From an uncultured Verrucomicrobiae bacterium (GTDB lineage Bacteria > Verrucomicrobiota > Verrucomicrobiia > Limisphaerales > Palsa-1400): DNA of 64,000 nt. The stretch lies in assembly GCA_963764165.1 (NCBI GenBank), contig CAVXRD010000002.1, positions 3,392,001-3,456,000 on the forward strand. Direction: 5' to 3'. This document shows positions 37,357 through 47,405 of the stretch, one piece after another. Below the pieces are notes generated by a model, which saw only the letters and a list, made by a program, of their open reading frames with translations, had not been told where the DNA came from and ran no database searches. Made by a program: the position numbers and the translations under genes. How positions within the stretch are numbered: the first letter of the stretch is position 1; each line of letters begins with the position of its first letter.

Positions 37357-39825
37357 TTATTGCGCCTTCAAGCCCAGCATCCCGCCGGAGTAGCCGGGTT
37401 TGAGTTGGGCTTCGATGCGCAGGGCGGCTGTTTCAATTCCTGGAAAAGAAAACGTGTTCCATTTGTCCGTCGAGATGGGCGACACAGTTGGGTTGGGGAT
37501 TTCTTTCCATTCGAAGCCGTCAAGGCAAAGCACGCGCCATGATTCAGGGATTCGGCATTCGCCGACGCCAGTGTCGTCAAACCAATAGACTTTCACTTCG
37601 GAGACTTTCTTCGCCTGGGGGAAATCGATCTGCACCCATTCCGTGGTTCCGCGATGGTCCCACCATGTGAAGCGCGGAATATTGTGGTCGTTGGAATTGG
37701 CGGGTTCCATGCCGTCGTCCAAGGCCTCAAGCGTGTCACCGTCAAAACAATGCGAGGCGGTGGCTTTGTAGGCGGGGCCGCGCCATTCGTGTGCGTCAGA
37801 GCCCGAGCCGATCACGGGGAACATCGTGATTCGCAGGCGGGCGGCGCCCATCGGGATCAAGGTGACTTTTTCTTCCGGCTGATCGGAGACCACAGGGCTC
37901 GGCTGCAGTTTGCCGACGACGTTGTTGACATCCGCTTGCCAGCCAGGAATGCGTTTCGCGGTGACTTCCAACTTGATCGGAGCCGTTTCCGGCGTGAAAG
38001 GCTGGGCGGGCAGGGCGCCCTCGGATTGGACGAGCTTGAAGGAGGAGACAGGATTCTCCGGGTTAACCACCAATCCATAATTCCACGGCGAATCTGGAAA
38101 AACGTCCCATTCCGGCCAATTCGGATTTCGCGTGCCGTATTTGACAAAACGCTCCTTAATCGCGAGCGAGAAACTCAGCGGGCCGTAATCCACCGATTCG
38201 GCGTTCTCGTTCTTTTCCCATTTGCGGAGGGTGAGCTTCATGGGGAGGTGCAGGGTGACGTCATCGTGATCGCGCCATTCGCGCTCAATCCGAATATAGC
38301 CCGGCGCATGCCCGCGCAAATCCGCCACTTCGCCGTTGATGCTGACTTCCGCGGCATCGCACCAGCGGGGGACGCGCAAATAGAGCGGGAATTTGCCGGG
38401 TTTGCTTGTCTTGACTGTCAACTGCACCGTATCGCCAAAAGGATAATCCGTTTCCTCTGTAATTTTGACATCCTGAGCATCACCCGCTTTCGCGCTGACT
38501 TCCGACGAGGAGTAAAGAGACGCGCAAAGCCCGTTGTCTGGCGTGGCGAGCCAGAGTTCTTCCGCGTAATACGGCCAGCCGTGCGAAACATTATGCTGGC
38601 AGCAGCGGTAGACCTCGAACGGGCTGTAGGAAACCATCGTGCCGCTGTTCTGAATGTCCGGCGCCTTGTTTTTTTCGTCGAGTTGAATCTGGTTGGCGCA
38701 AGTGATGTAATGCAGAGCCTTTTGGTCGGCGGTCATGGCGGAAGGAAAACTGTTGAACGCAATTTCCTCGCAGCGATCCGCCCAAACCGGATTGCCGGTG
38801 ATTTTTGTCAGCATTTCAAAGCTGTGCATCAATTCGACGATGCCGCACGTTTCGATGCCGCCGCGCGGATCCGTGTAACCCGGCCGGGAATTCTCGTCGC
38901 CCACAAATCCGCCCCCAGGAAATTGCCCGTAGGTGTCGAAGACCTTGTCGTAATTTCGCTCCGCCGAAGCAACATCTGACGCGCTTTGTGAGAGCATCGA
39001 GAAAACCGTCCCAGCGCGAAAACCTTCGGCGATGTTGACATTGTGCCAATTAATCACATCCCCGTCCCAGCGCGCCATGCCCTTGTTTATCTTGCGGGCC
39101 AGATCAAGCAGCCATGGTTCGCCGATGCGATTGTAGAGCCAGAAGATGCTTTCCAGATTGTCGCCGAAGCGAAGCTTCGGCCAATAACCCTCGCCGAACG
39201 CGCTGACGGGCAGCGTATTTTCCCACTGAAAATAGCGCGTCATCAAATCGATCACACGCTTGTCGCTGCTCGCCTCATAAAAAGACTGCAAGACGTTCAG
39301 CATGACCATGTGCGGCCAGAGGTCAGGCTTGCCGTCGAGGCTGGTGAGCAATTCGCGGGGGCCGAAATATCCGTCCGGCCGCTGGGTGGCTATCGCGGCG
39401 TCGATCCATTTTTTCGCTTCCTCCTGGATGGTCGGGTCCTTGAGGACATAGCCAAGATCGCCGTAGCCCTTCAGCCAATACGGCAATTCCTCCCAGCCAA
39501 ATTTTCCGCGCCCCAATTTATCCGCCCACGAACTGCGATTGAAATCGAGCCAAGGCGAGATTTGTTCCAAATGGCCTGTCATGCCATCGCGCTCCAACTC
39601 GAGCTGATGCCGCAGCCAGCCGCGCGGCGTAATTGCGCCGATGGGCAATTTGAAAAAGGGCGAAGGCGACAGCGGCGCGCGATTGCCCACATAAAACGAG
39701 TTTGTAGAATTGAGCGCCGGCTGTTCTACCATGGTGACCTGGCCGAGAGCTGAGGAACCAAATGCGCAAAGGCAAATAACGGCAGCGCATTTGGCAAAAG
39801 CGATAGTCTTCATGACGTGTTCCAT
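37357..39825 (-). CDS. GH127/GH146-like beta-L-arabinofuranosidase with C-terminal discoidin-like module
   Basis: WEE.PYW, HNVN, ETC, CCQHN, TDYPF, LRVP.W, YGPL, LIPMG; signal peptide. Confidence 0.85.
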   Translation of the reverse strand: MEHVMKTIAFAKCAAVICLCAFGSSALGQVTMVEQPALNSTNSFYVGNRAPLSPSPFFKLPIGAITPRGWLRHQLELERDGMTGHLEQISPWLDFNRSSWADKLGRGKFGWEELPYWLKGYGDLGYVLKDPTIQEEAKKWIDAAIATQRPDGYFGPRELLTSLDGKPDLWPHMVMLNVLQSFYEASSDKRVIDLMTRYFQWENTLPVSAFGEGYWPKLRFGDNLESIFWLYNRIGEPWLLDLARKINKGMARWDGDVINWHNVNIAEGFRAGTVFSMLSQSASDVASAERNYDKVFDTYGQFPGGGFVGDENSRPGYTDPRGGIETCGIVELMHSFEMLTKITGNPVWADRCEEIAFNSFPSAMTADQKALHYITCANQIQLDEKNKAPDIQNSGTMVSYSPFEVYRCCQHNVSHGWPYYAEELWLATPDNGLCASLYSSSEVSAKAGDAQDVKITEETDYPFGDTVQLTVKTSKPGKFPLYLRVPRWCDAAEVSINGEVADLRGHAPGYIRIEREWRDHDDVTLHLPMKLTLRKWEKNENAESVDYGPLSFSLAIKERFVKYGTRNPNWPEWDVFPDSPWNYGLVVNPENPVSSFKLVQSEGALPAQPFTPETAPIKLEVTAKRIPGWQADVNNVVGKLQPSPVVSDQPEEKVTLIPMGAARLRITMFPVIGSGSDAHEWRGPAYKATASHCFDGDTLEALDDGMEPANSNDHNIPRFTWWDHRGTTEWVQIDFPQAKKVSEVKVYWFDDTGVGECRIPESWRVLCLDGFEWKEIPNPTVSPISTDKWNTFSFPGIETAALRIEAQLKPGYSGGMLGLKAQ

Positions 39826-39920
39826 GCAATATGCGGGGGATTACCAAGGCAATCAACCTGAAGGATCCGAAGCGCCTGCCAATCACAAAACATCGAGAAA
39901 AGTTACGATTCCTCGCCCCA

Positions 39921-40421
39921 TTAAACGACCAGATCCGTCGGCTTGAATACATCAATCTCCGGAATCCGATCAAAATGAGGATCGCTCGATGCGATGAGCG
40001 AGACGCCAGCGCGGATGCTAGCGGCGAGTTGGAGCGAGTCATTAGTCAGCAGACCATGCCGGAGCTGAAGCTCGACGGCCTATAATAAATCTCCCGCTTC
40101 AAGCGAAAGCAAAGTCAACTCACCCGAAAGCAAATCCTCTACATCCAGCCGATACTCCTTCAAGCGGGATAGCAATTCCCGGTCTTGGCCAAAGGCGCGC
40201 GCTGGATTGGAGCCCACCAACCCGAGACTTTGCGCTTCTTGCATCATGCGGCGATGGCAAAATTCCGCCGCAGCGATGGCCGCGACGAATCCTCGAACGT
40301 CCCCTCCCGCACATCGGGCAAGAAGGCGCCGGCACTGCTCGGAGGCGCCCTGTCGCGCGTAAATGACGATGTTGGCGTCCAGCATAACGCCAGCCCCTGC
40401 GGGGATTTCATCCAAGGTCAT
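39921..40421 (-). pseudogene. PIN/VapC toxin with a single in-frame TAG (codon 114)
   Basis: LDANI..Y, E..HR; after TAG at 40082-80 the frame continues AVELQLRHGLLTNDSL..A..IASSDPHFDRIP..KPTDLVV-TAA. Confidence 0.88.
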
Positions 40422-40657
40422 TGTTCCAAGCAATCCGATTCCATGGTCGCCTTGAATTGTTGCGGTGTAAGGGCGAAGCCAGGTTTCGCCAAAAACCTCC
40501 GCAGTCCGGCATGGCCGAGCGTGCGCGCGGTTCCTGCCCCGCTCTGCTCAGGCTCAAGAATCGTCAGCAAGGCGTTTGCCTTGAGCGGCAACTCCTCTGC
40601 GTTCCGCGTGCGCACACGACCACGTTCCAGTTCAACCTCAACTGTCCTGTAGTTCAT
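40418..40657 (-). CDS. Putative antitoxin
   Basis: 79-aa ORF (VEVELERGRV...LTIL) whose TGA overlaps the PIN ATG. Confidence 0.65.
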   Translation of the reverse strand: MNYRTVEVELERGRVRTRNAEELPLKANALLTILEPEQSGAGTARTLGHAGLRRFLAKPGFALTPQQFKATMESDCLEQ

Positions 40658-40800
40658 GCCGAAAGTTACATCAGCCAACCTATGAAAACAAAAGCAAAAC
40701 TTGGGCGGGTGCCGTCATCATAATTGCGGCTTTTGTGTTCGCGACGCTCGTGCAACCGATTTTCCGCGCCTGTCCCACATCATGACGAATCTCAGCCCGG

Positions 40801-41406
40801 CTAGTTCCCAGCTAGGATGTATGGACGCAGCTTTCGTTTCAGGGCTTGGCGTCCCCGATGAATGATCATCTTCGTTGTAGACATTGATATGCCCTGGGCA
40901 ATTGAGATTTGCTCGTAGGACAATTCCTCCTCCAGCAATAAATGGAAGACGCACCGTTGCCGGTCTGGCAGAGCGGCCAGGGCCTGATGGACTTTTTCCT
41001 CCAATTCGCGCCGCATCACCTCGCGCGGCGTCGTGTCGTCGCGAAGATTTTCGCGGGGTGGCTCGATGGTTTCGCCCTGCTCGGTCTCAAGCGGCCGGGT
41101 CAAACCGCGCCAATGCCGCCACCGGCGGCGAAGCTCGTTGCGGCACAAATTGCGGGCGATGGTGAAGAGCCAGGCCGAGAACTGGCATTCAAACCGGAAA
41201 TGCGCGCAGTGTTGAAAGGCCTGGACGAAGACCTTTTGGGCCACATCCTGCGCTTCGTCCTGATCCTCCAGGAGGCGGGCGGCAAACCGCACGACTTGTT
41301 GCTTATATTTGGTGACAAGGATGTCAAACGCATTAAGATCGCCCCGCGCGCTTCTCATGAGGAGTGCATTTTCCAGATCGACGGCGGGCAAGGGATTCAT
41401 TTGCAT
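40801..41406 (-). CDS. ECF RNA polymerase sigma factor
   Basis: GDLNAF..LV, AQD.AQ..F, F.AWL..IARN, LP..QR, SYE.I; start uncertain. Confidence 0.9.
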   Translation of the reverse strand: MQMNPLPAVDLENALLMRSARGDLNAFDILVTKYKQQVVRFAARLLEDQDEAQDVAQKVFVQAFQHCAHFRFECQFSAWLFTIARNLCRNELRRRWRHWRGLTRPLETEQGETIEPPRENLRDDTTPREVMRRELEEKVHQALAALPDRQRCVFHLLLEEELSYEQISIAQGISMSTTKMIIHRGRQALKRKLRPYILAGN

Positions 41407-41589
41407 AAAGTATTCCTGATGTGAGGTGATACGCGGCGATCCGGAAAAACCACGAACCCGCGGCATTTTAATTTTCATGCAAATGCTTTCGTGGAAATCG
41501 GGCCAGCGAACGTATTACCTGATGAACATGGAATTGCGATGAATGGCATCTCGATTGAAAATACGCAGCCGAACCTGCATTCCGCGACG

Positions 41590-42228
41590 ATGGAGCCTAT
41601 GGGAAAATTGAGCCATCTGAGTTCGCTCTTTCGGATGACCGACGAACAGGCGATGTGGCGGGTCCAGAATAACGAGGACGACGCCGCGTTCACCTGCCTC
41701 GTCAAACGGTGGGAGGGGCCGATTGTCCGGCTTTGCGCCCGGATGACGGGCGACCTTCATCGCGGCGAGGACTTGAAGCAGGAAGCCTTCGCCCGCGTGT
41801 TTGCGCGGCGGAAGGATTTCCGGCCAGACGCGAAATTTTCCACCTGGCTTTGGCGCATTGCGCTGAATCTTTGCTATGACGAGCTTCGCCGCCGGGAATG
41901 CCGCCCGCAAACAACCGCGGCGTTCGATCCAGAATCCGAAGGAACCGCGCCGGAAGCGCCTTCGGAGACACTCGCGCCGGATGCTCAAATGACGGCCACC
42001 GAAGATCACGGGCTGGTTCGTCAAGCGCTGCTGCGTTTGCCGGAAACGCAGCGGGCCGCACTTGCCCTTCGGTATTGCGAAGGATTGAAACTGCGCGAAA
42101 TCGCCGAAATTCTGCAAGTGCCGGAGACAACGGCGAGTTCGCGCATCGCCGCCGGCCTGGCCCAAATCACGCGGCTCCTGGAACCCGACTTTAGTTCCCT
42201 GCCCACCTCAACGACTCGAAGATTATGA
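41590..42228 (+). CDS. ECF RNA polymerase sigma factor
   Basis: EDLKQEAF, FSTWLWRIALN, LPETQR, L.EIAEIL.VP; start uncertain. Confidence 0.9.
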   Translation: MEPMGKLSHLSSLFRMTDEQAMWRVQNNEDDAAFTCLVKRWEGPIVRLCARMTGDLHRGEDLKQEAFARVFARRKDFRPDAKFSTWLWRIALNLCYDELRRRECRPQTTAAFDPESEGTAPEAPSETLAPDAQMTATEDHGLVRQALLRLPETQRAALALRYCEGLKLREIAEILQVPETTASSRIAAGLAQITRLLEPDFSSLPTSTTRRL

Positions 42229-42785
42229 AACATCACGCACCTGAAGAATGGCTTTTGTATATGGACGGCGAGGCTTCGCCGGAACTTTCCTCCCGCCTTT
42301 CCGATCACCTGAAAACTTGCGCGGAATGCGCCGCGGAACTGGCCGCCTGGAAGCGCAGCGCCCGGAGGCTTCGCCAATTGAAATTTCCCTCCCAGCCACG
42401 CCCATTCGATGCGCCGGTTTTCGCCACAGTCAAGTGGGGGCTGGCGGCCGGGATTGCGCTTTTCATTGGCATCGCGGCCGGTCGCCTCTCCGCGCCGAAT
42501 GCGGATGAATTGCGCCAAGCCATCACGGCGCAGGCGCGCGTCGAAGTGCGTGACGAAATGCGCCGTCAACTCGCTGTTTTCTCTCAGCAATTGGATAAAC
42601 AGCGCAAAACCGACGAGCGGCGGATGATTGCGCTGGTCAACAATGTTCGCGATCAAAACCTCCGCGATTGCCTTGCGCTCAGGCAGGATTTGGAAACGGC
42701 CGTTTCAGTGGCCGATACCGATTTGCGCGCCAATAACCGGCGCATCAACGAAATCGCCGTGGCCGTGTCAGAAAATCAGAAATAA
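42225..42785 (+). CDS. ZAS-type (zf-HC2) anti-sigma factor
   Basis: Y.DGE, HLKTCAEC, one TM, coiled-coil tail; overlaps sigma stop. Confidence 0.8.
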   Translation: MKHHAPEEWLLYMDGEASPELSSRLSDHLKTCAECAAELAAWKRSARRLRQLKFPSQPRPFDAPVFATVKWGLAAGIALFIGIAAGRLSAPNADELRQAITAQARVEVRDEMRRQLAVFSQQLDKQRKTDERRMIALVNNVRDQNLRDCLALRQDLETAVSVADTDLRANNRRINEIAVAVSENQK

Positions 42786-42804
42786 CCGTCAGTTTGAAAA
42801 CATT

Positions 42805-43938
42805 ATGAAAAGATATCCACTTGTCATTATCATTGCCGCCGGGCTGGTGGCGTTTGCAGCCGCAGGCCAGGTGACCACGCAGCCCGCCGCGCCCACTCCC
42901 GCCCAAGACCAAGCGGCAGCCGCTCCCGACCGAGGTCAAGCCGCTGCAGCCCAAGCCCAAGCCGCTCGCGCCCTGGCCCAGGCAGCAGGCGGCCAGGAAT
43001 CTGGCTCCTCCGACGATCTGGGATCTGTCGGCGTCGCGGTGCCGGGTTATTATTCCGGCCCGGAGCTTGCGACTCCCAACTCTTATGCCATCTGGGACGG
43101 TGGCCGCGAAGCGGAAGGCTCCATCTCTGTCATTGATTTTAAGTCGCCAAATCAAAAGACGGTCGATGAAACGGGGGAAGATTTGAAAATCATGTCGATC
43201 CTGTTTGCGCATAATTTGCGGGATAAAACCGTCGCCAATGCCCAGGTGGATTACAAGCTGGGCATTCCGCTCCTCCTGAAAAACCATGGGCATTCTGTCG
43301 AGGCCAGCTACATCGAGGGCGTCGGTGCGCTGTTTTCTTTGCGAGTGCGTTTTCCGGTTGTGCCGCCTGCAGTCGAGGAAACCAATGCCACCCCCGCGCC
43401 AAAGGACTCGGCCTGGGCGCGGGCCCAGCGGGAATTGGCCGGCGAACCCGACAGAAATTTCCAATCGGGGCTTTTTCAGTCCAACCCGGAAGGCGCTGTG
43501 GAATTTCAGAGCAATCTGGTGGAAACTTTGAAAAAGCAGGTCATTGAAACGCTCGGCGAAGCATCCAATTTCCGCCACCTTGCGCCGAATGAAACCATCA
43601 TGGTCACAGTCACCGGCGCTCCCAACGCCACCGCCGCGGTAAGGGGCGCCGCCGTCTACAAGGTTGACAATGATCCCATGTCAGCGCAGCCGATGATCGG
43701 GACGACTTCGGCGAACACCTTTGGCAGTCCAGTCTCGGTGCGGTGGACCAGCAGCCACGGGCAAGGCCACCTTGGCTCCAATCGCGCTACGATCATGACC
43801 ATCCGCATCAAGCAATCCGACGCCCAGGCCCTGGCTGAACACAAAATGAGCCGCGAGGATTTTGTCAGGGCCGCGCAAGTGACGACCTATCTTGGTCCCT
43901 CCGCCCAACCGGAGGCTTCTGGCTTGCAGACACGATAA
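42805..43938 (+). CDS. Exported hypothetical protein
   Basis: Signal peptide, Ala/Gln-rich linker, YIEGVGALF..V.FP. Confidence 0.7.
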   Translation: MKRYPLVIIIAAGLVAFAAAGQVTTQPAAPTPAQDQAAAAPDRGQAAAAQAQAARALAQAAGGQESGSSDDLGSVGVAVPGYYSGPELATPNSYAIWDGGREAEGSISVIDFKSPNQKTVDETGEDLKIMSILFAHNLRDKTVANAQVDYKLGIPLLLKNHGHSVEASYIEGVGALFSLRVRFPVVPPAVEETNATPAPKDSAWARAQRELAGEPDRNFQSGLFQSNPEGAVEFQSNLVETLKKQVIETLGEASNFRHLAPNETIMVTVTGAPNATAAVRGAAVYKVDNDPMSAQPMIGTTSANTFGSPVSVRWTSSHGQGHLGSNRATIMTIRIKQSDAQALAEHKMSREDFVRAAQVTTYLGPSAQPEASGLQTR

Positions 43939-43978
43939 GACCCTTGTTCCCCATCCAACACAGCGCATGGCATAGGAA

Positions 43979-44009
43979 AAGCGGCCGCGACGAGGAATCG
44001 CGGCCGCTT
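43979..44009. terminator. Probable intrinsic (possibly bidirectional) terminator
   Basis: AAGCGGCCGCGA-CGAGGAA-TCGCGGCCGCTT between convergent genes. Confidence 0.6.
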
Positions 44010-44052
44010 CTCTTTAGCAAATGGGCAACTGCGGTAGGCGGCTCGGCGCGGG

Positions 44053-44826
44053 CTACTGCCCGTTGGCGGCCCCCGGGTCACACCAAACCTGGTTTTTCTG
44101 ATTTGACCGGGCCAGGCGATCCCAAGTGTTGGTGGTGACGAAGGTGACTGATCCACACGCGGTAAGCACTAACCCGCCCGTCGCGTCGTGGCGGGTTCCC
44201 AAGGCAAAATCTGTGGCGGGATTGGGTGAGCTGGAACCATCATTGTAATTGTTAACTCCCAGAATCGGGCTGGTATCTCCCGGCTCCCACATGATGTAGG
44301 CATCCTGGCGAAAGTCAGCTTGGTGGAAAGTCTTTGGCGCGATGCCGCCAAAATCGCAGACCGCGCCATTCATGACGTAAGTTGAAAGCTTGTTGATGCG
44401 CATTTTGAAATCCGCAGTATTCGTAACATCCAGCGGGCAGCGGTAAACATTCACATTCTTGATGTATGGCCAGAACAGTCCTCCTTGATAGGCCAGAACC
44501 TGGTTTGAGGCATATGGCTGGGAAAAAATGTTCGGAGCGGCATCGCCCACAGGAGTGTAGAGCCACCCTGGAATCGGGTTTCCAGAACTATCCGTCCACG
44601 GCGGATTCCAATTTGGATACGCCATGTAACCCTTGTAATCGCCCACATACATAACCATGGCAAGGCCAAGTTGCTTATTATTATTGGCGCACTGGGTTTT
44701 AATCGCCTGGCCCTTTGCGGAGGCAAGCGCTGGCAGAAGCAACGCCGCCAGGATGGCAATGATGGCGACGACTACGAGCAGTTCGATGAGAGTGAATCCC
44801 GCATGCCGCTTTTGGTTCCTATCCAT
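44053..44826 (-). CDS. Prepilin-type N-methylation / DUF1559-like protein
   Basis: [37 protein letters not shown]. Confidence 0.9.
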   Translation of the reverse strand: MDRNQKRHAGFTLIELLVVVAIIAILAALLLPALASAKGQAIKTQCANNNKQLGLAMVMYVGDYKGYMAYPNWNPPWTDSSGNPIPGWLYTPVGDAAPNIFSQPYASNQVLAYQGGLFWPYIKNVNVYRCPLDVTNTADFKMRINKLSTYVMNGAVCDFGGIAPKTFHQADFRQDAYIMWEPGDTSPILGVNNYNDGSSSPNPATDFALGTRHDATGGLVLTACGSVTFVTTNTWDRLARSNQKNQVWCDPGAANGQ

Positions 44827-45224
44827 GCAGCCCCGACAGTGGCAACTTGCCCTGATCATGTCAATTAGATAAGCTCTGAAAAGGCATACCACAAACGGGG
44901 GATGCGGCGGGGGCGGGAGAAATTTGTGATAACGCCGGACCGGGAATAAGACGGAACTTTGAACAGGAAACCCGAGAGCGCAGACAAAAATGCCCTTCCC
45001 CTCAAACGATTTTCCATCCTCTCCGCGCCCTCGGTCTTCCTCTCGTGAAAATGCAATTCGGGCAGAAAAACAAAACCGGTTGGGTATTGCCCAACCGCCG
45101 CCGCAGCGGCTTTTTCATCCTGGGTGGCGGACGCAGTCCTTGAAAACTCCTGATAAAATGATTGTGTCGCAACCTCTTCTTTTTTTCTGTCGCAGGGCTG
45201 CTTCTGTGGCATACTCACCAAACC

Positions 45225-46100
45225 ATGAGTGCCTTGCGTCTGGACGTTCGCAAAACGTACAAGCTCTACATCGGCGGCAGTTTCGTCCGCAGCGAAAGCG
45301 GGCGCGTCCTTCCTGCCCGCGCTCCCGCCGGGCAATTGCTTGACAACGCGAGCCATGCTTCCCGCAAGGATTTGCGCGATGCTGTTTCCGCGGCGCGTCC
45401 CGCCGCCGATGGCTGGGCGAAGAAATCCGCCTATCTGCGCGGGCAAATTCTTTACCGCGCGGCGGAAATGCTCGAGGACCGGGCGGGGGCCATGATCGAA
45501 GAGATTTCGCGATCAACGGGCGCGGCGGAGGCCGAAGCCCGCGCGGAAGTGGGCCTGGCCATCGACCGCCTGGTTTATTTTGCGGGATGGACGGATAAGT
45601 ATTCCCAGGTTTTTGGCGCGGTGAATCCGGTGGCGTCGTCGCATTTCAACTTCACGGTTCCCGAGGCAACCGGCGTCGTGGCCGCGCTGGCGCCGGATGA
45701 ACCGTCGTTCGTGCCGCTGATTTCGCTGATGGCGCCGGCGATTCTCACTGGCAACAGTGTTGTTCTGGTGGCTTCGGACAAATATCCGCTGCCGGCTTTG
45801 AGCTTCGCGGAAATTCTGGCCACGAGCGATTTGCCCGGCGGCGTTGTCAACATATTGGCGGGGAAACGCGCGGAGCTTTTGTCGCATCTGGCCAGCCACA
45901 TGGATGTAAACGCTATTGTTGACGCCACCGGTTCGGCGGAAACGCAGCGGGTTTTGCAGGCCGGCACGGCCATCAACATGAAGCGTTACGCGGCGCGAAA
46001 ATTGACGGCGGAGGAGTGGTTTTCCGACGTCGCGGAAAATGCCTATTGGATTGCCGACACCACCGAATTCAAAACCGCCTGGCATCCCATCGGTTTGTAA
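45225..46100 (+). CDS. Short aldehyde-dehydrogenase-family protein (NAD-binding half only)
   Basis: VRKTYKLYIGG.F.RSESGR, SDLPGGVVNIL.G, HMDVN, E.KT.WHP.G; no catalytic Cys domain. Confidence 0.85.
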   Translation: MSALRLDVRKTYKLYIGGSFVRSESGRVLPARAPAGQLLDNASHASRKDLRDAVSAARPAADGWAKKSAYLRGQILYRAAEMLEDRAGAMIEEISRSTGAAEAEARAEVGLAIDRLVYFAGWTDKYSQVFGAVNPVASSHFNFTVPEATGVVAALAPDEPSFVPLISLMAPAILTGNSVVLVASDKYPLPALSFAEILATSDLPGGVVNILAGKRAELLSHLASHMDVNAIVDATGSAETQRVLQAGTAINMKRYAARKLTAEEWFSDVAENAYWIADTTEFKTAWHPIGL

Positions 46101-46102
46101 TT

Positions 46103-47032
46103 ATGGCCACGACGCTCGCATCTGCACGCCGTTTTCAATCCATTCGCGAAACTGTTCCGACGGTTGATCAGGTGACCATCGAGGAGCGCGCCGCCGCCTT
46201 TGCCAAGCGCAGCATCAAAACCGGCGCGAAGCTGGCTGGCTTGAAAATGGCCGTTTCGATGATGGATCTCACCACGCTCGAGGGCAAGGATACGCCGGGC
46301 AAAGTCGCTTATTTGTGCCGCAAGGCGGTGCAACCCATCGAGGCTAAATACGAGACACCGAACTGCGCGGCGGTTTGCGTTTATCCAAGCATGGTGGCGT
46401 GCGCGCGAAAATTTCTCAGAGAAGGCTCGCCAGTGAAAGTCGCCTCGGTCGCCACCGGGTTTCCCAGCGGGCAGTATCCCTTGCGCACACGCCTTGAGGA
46501 AACACGCCGGGCTGTGGCGGATGGCGCGGATGAGATCGACATGGTCATCAATCGCGGCGCTTTTTTGGCGGGCGAATACGGGCTGATGTTTGATGAAATC
46601 GCCGCCATCAAAGAGGCGAGCGGCCCGGCCCATCTCAAAGTCATTCTCGAAACGGGCGAACTCGTCACCTGCGACAACGTCCGCCTGGCCAGCCAGATTT
46701 CCATGGAAGCCGGCGCGGATTTTATCAAAACCTCGACCGGCAAAGTCCAACCCGCCGCGACCATTCCCGTCACACTCGTGATGCTGGAGGCGATTCGCGA
46801 TTATTTCTTCGCGACGGGGATTCGCATCGGAATGAAGCCGGCCGGCGGCATTCGCAATTCCAAGCAGGCGCTCGCGTATCTGGTGATGGTGAAGGAAACT
46901 TTGGGCGACGATTGGCTGACGCCCGACCTATTCCGCTTCGGGGCCAGCACACTTCTCAATGACGTGTTGATGCAAATTGTGAAGACTGTCGATGGCAACT
47001 ACCAAAGCGCCGATTATTTTTCCCTTTCGTGA
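46103..47032 (+). CDS. deoC: Deoxyribose-phosphate aldolase
   Basis: DLTTLEG.DT, VATGFP.G, DEIDMV, KVILETGEL, FIKTSTGK, K.AGGIR, RFGAS. Confidence 0.95.
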   Translation: MATTLASARRFQSIRETVPTVDQVTIEERAAAFAKRSIKTGAKLAGLKMAVSMMDLTTLEGKDTPGKVAYLCRKAVQPIEAKYETPNCAAVCVYPSMVACARKFLREGSPVKVASVATGFPSGQYPLRTRLEETRRAVADGADEIDMVINRGAFLAGEYGLMFDEIAAIKEASGPAHLKVILETGELVTCDNVRLASQISMEAGADFIKTSTGKVQPAATIPVTLVMLEAIRDYFFATGIRIGMKPAGGIRNSKQALAYLVMVKETLGDDWLTPDLFRFGASTLLNDVLMQIVKTVDGNYQSADYFSLS

Positions 47033-47069
47033 GGCGGGCGGCAGGAGCAAAAATTGCACCCGCTGTTCC

Positions 47070-47275
47070 TTTCGTTAACCTCGCTTCAGCGAGGTCGGGC
47101 GCGGAGGAAGCCACAAGAGCCGTTTTAACGGCTTTCATAGCGCCCGTTCACCCCGTAACGATCAAGCAGCCATTTCGTCTCGGGCGGCGCAGACGAAGCC
47201 AAGGCTTGAAACCGTTAAAACGGTTTCTCCTCTCTCAGCCTCGGACCACCTCGCTGAAGCGAGATGTTAATGAAA
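47070..47275. repeat. REPIN-like element, family C
   Basis: TTTCGTTAACCTCGCTTCAGCGAGGT ... CACCTCGCTGAAGCGAGATGTTAATGAAA with inner AGCCGTTTTAACGGCT and AACCGTTAAAACGGTT hairpins. Confidence 0.8.
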
Positions 47276-47405
47276 AGAAGGCAAGAAAATTTCAGTCCCT
47301 CACCCAACGGAGGCAGCGCGCAAATTTTTTTATTCCTAATCAAAGTTGGCGGCGTCATCTTAGGCGCTTATCGGACCTCGCGTTTCGGTTGAAATTAAAA
47401 AAAGA

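Noticed and set aside
40080..40082. TAG recoding (alternative genetic code)
   Set aside because: TAG ends many intact genes here (e.g. 1665, 27032, 63790)
41544..41559. sigma54 promoter TGGCATCTCGATTGAA (also GG-N10-GC near 24222 and 43969)
   Set aside because: Lacks -12 GC, or is badly placed relative to a gene start
44880..45224. ncRNA or riboswitch in the long intergenic region
   Set aside because: No recognisable conserved motif; needs an Rfam search
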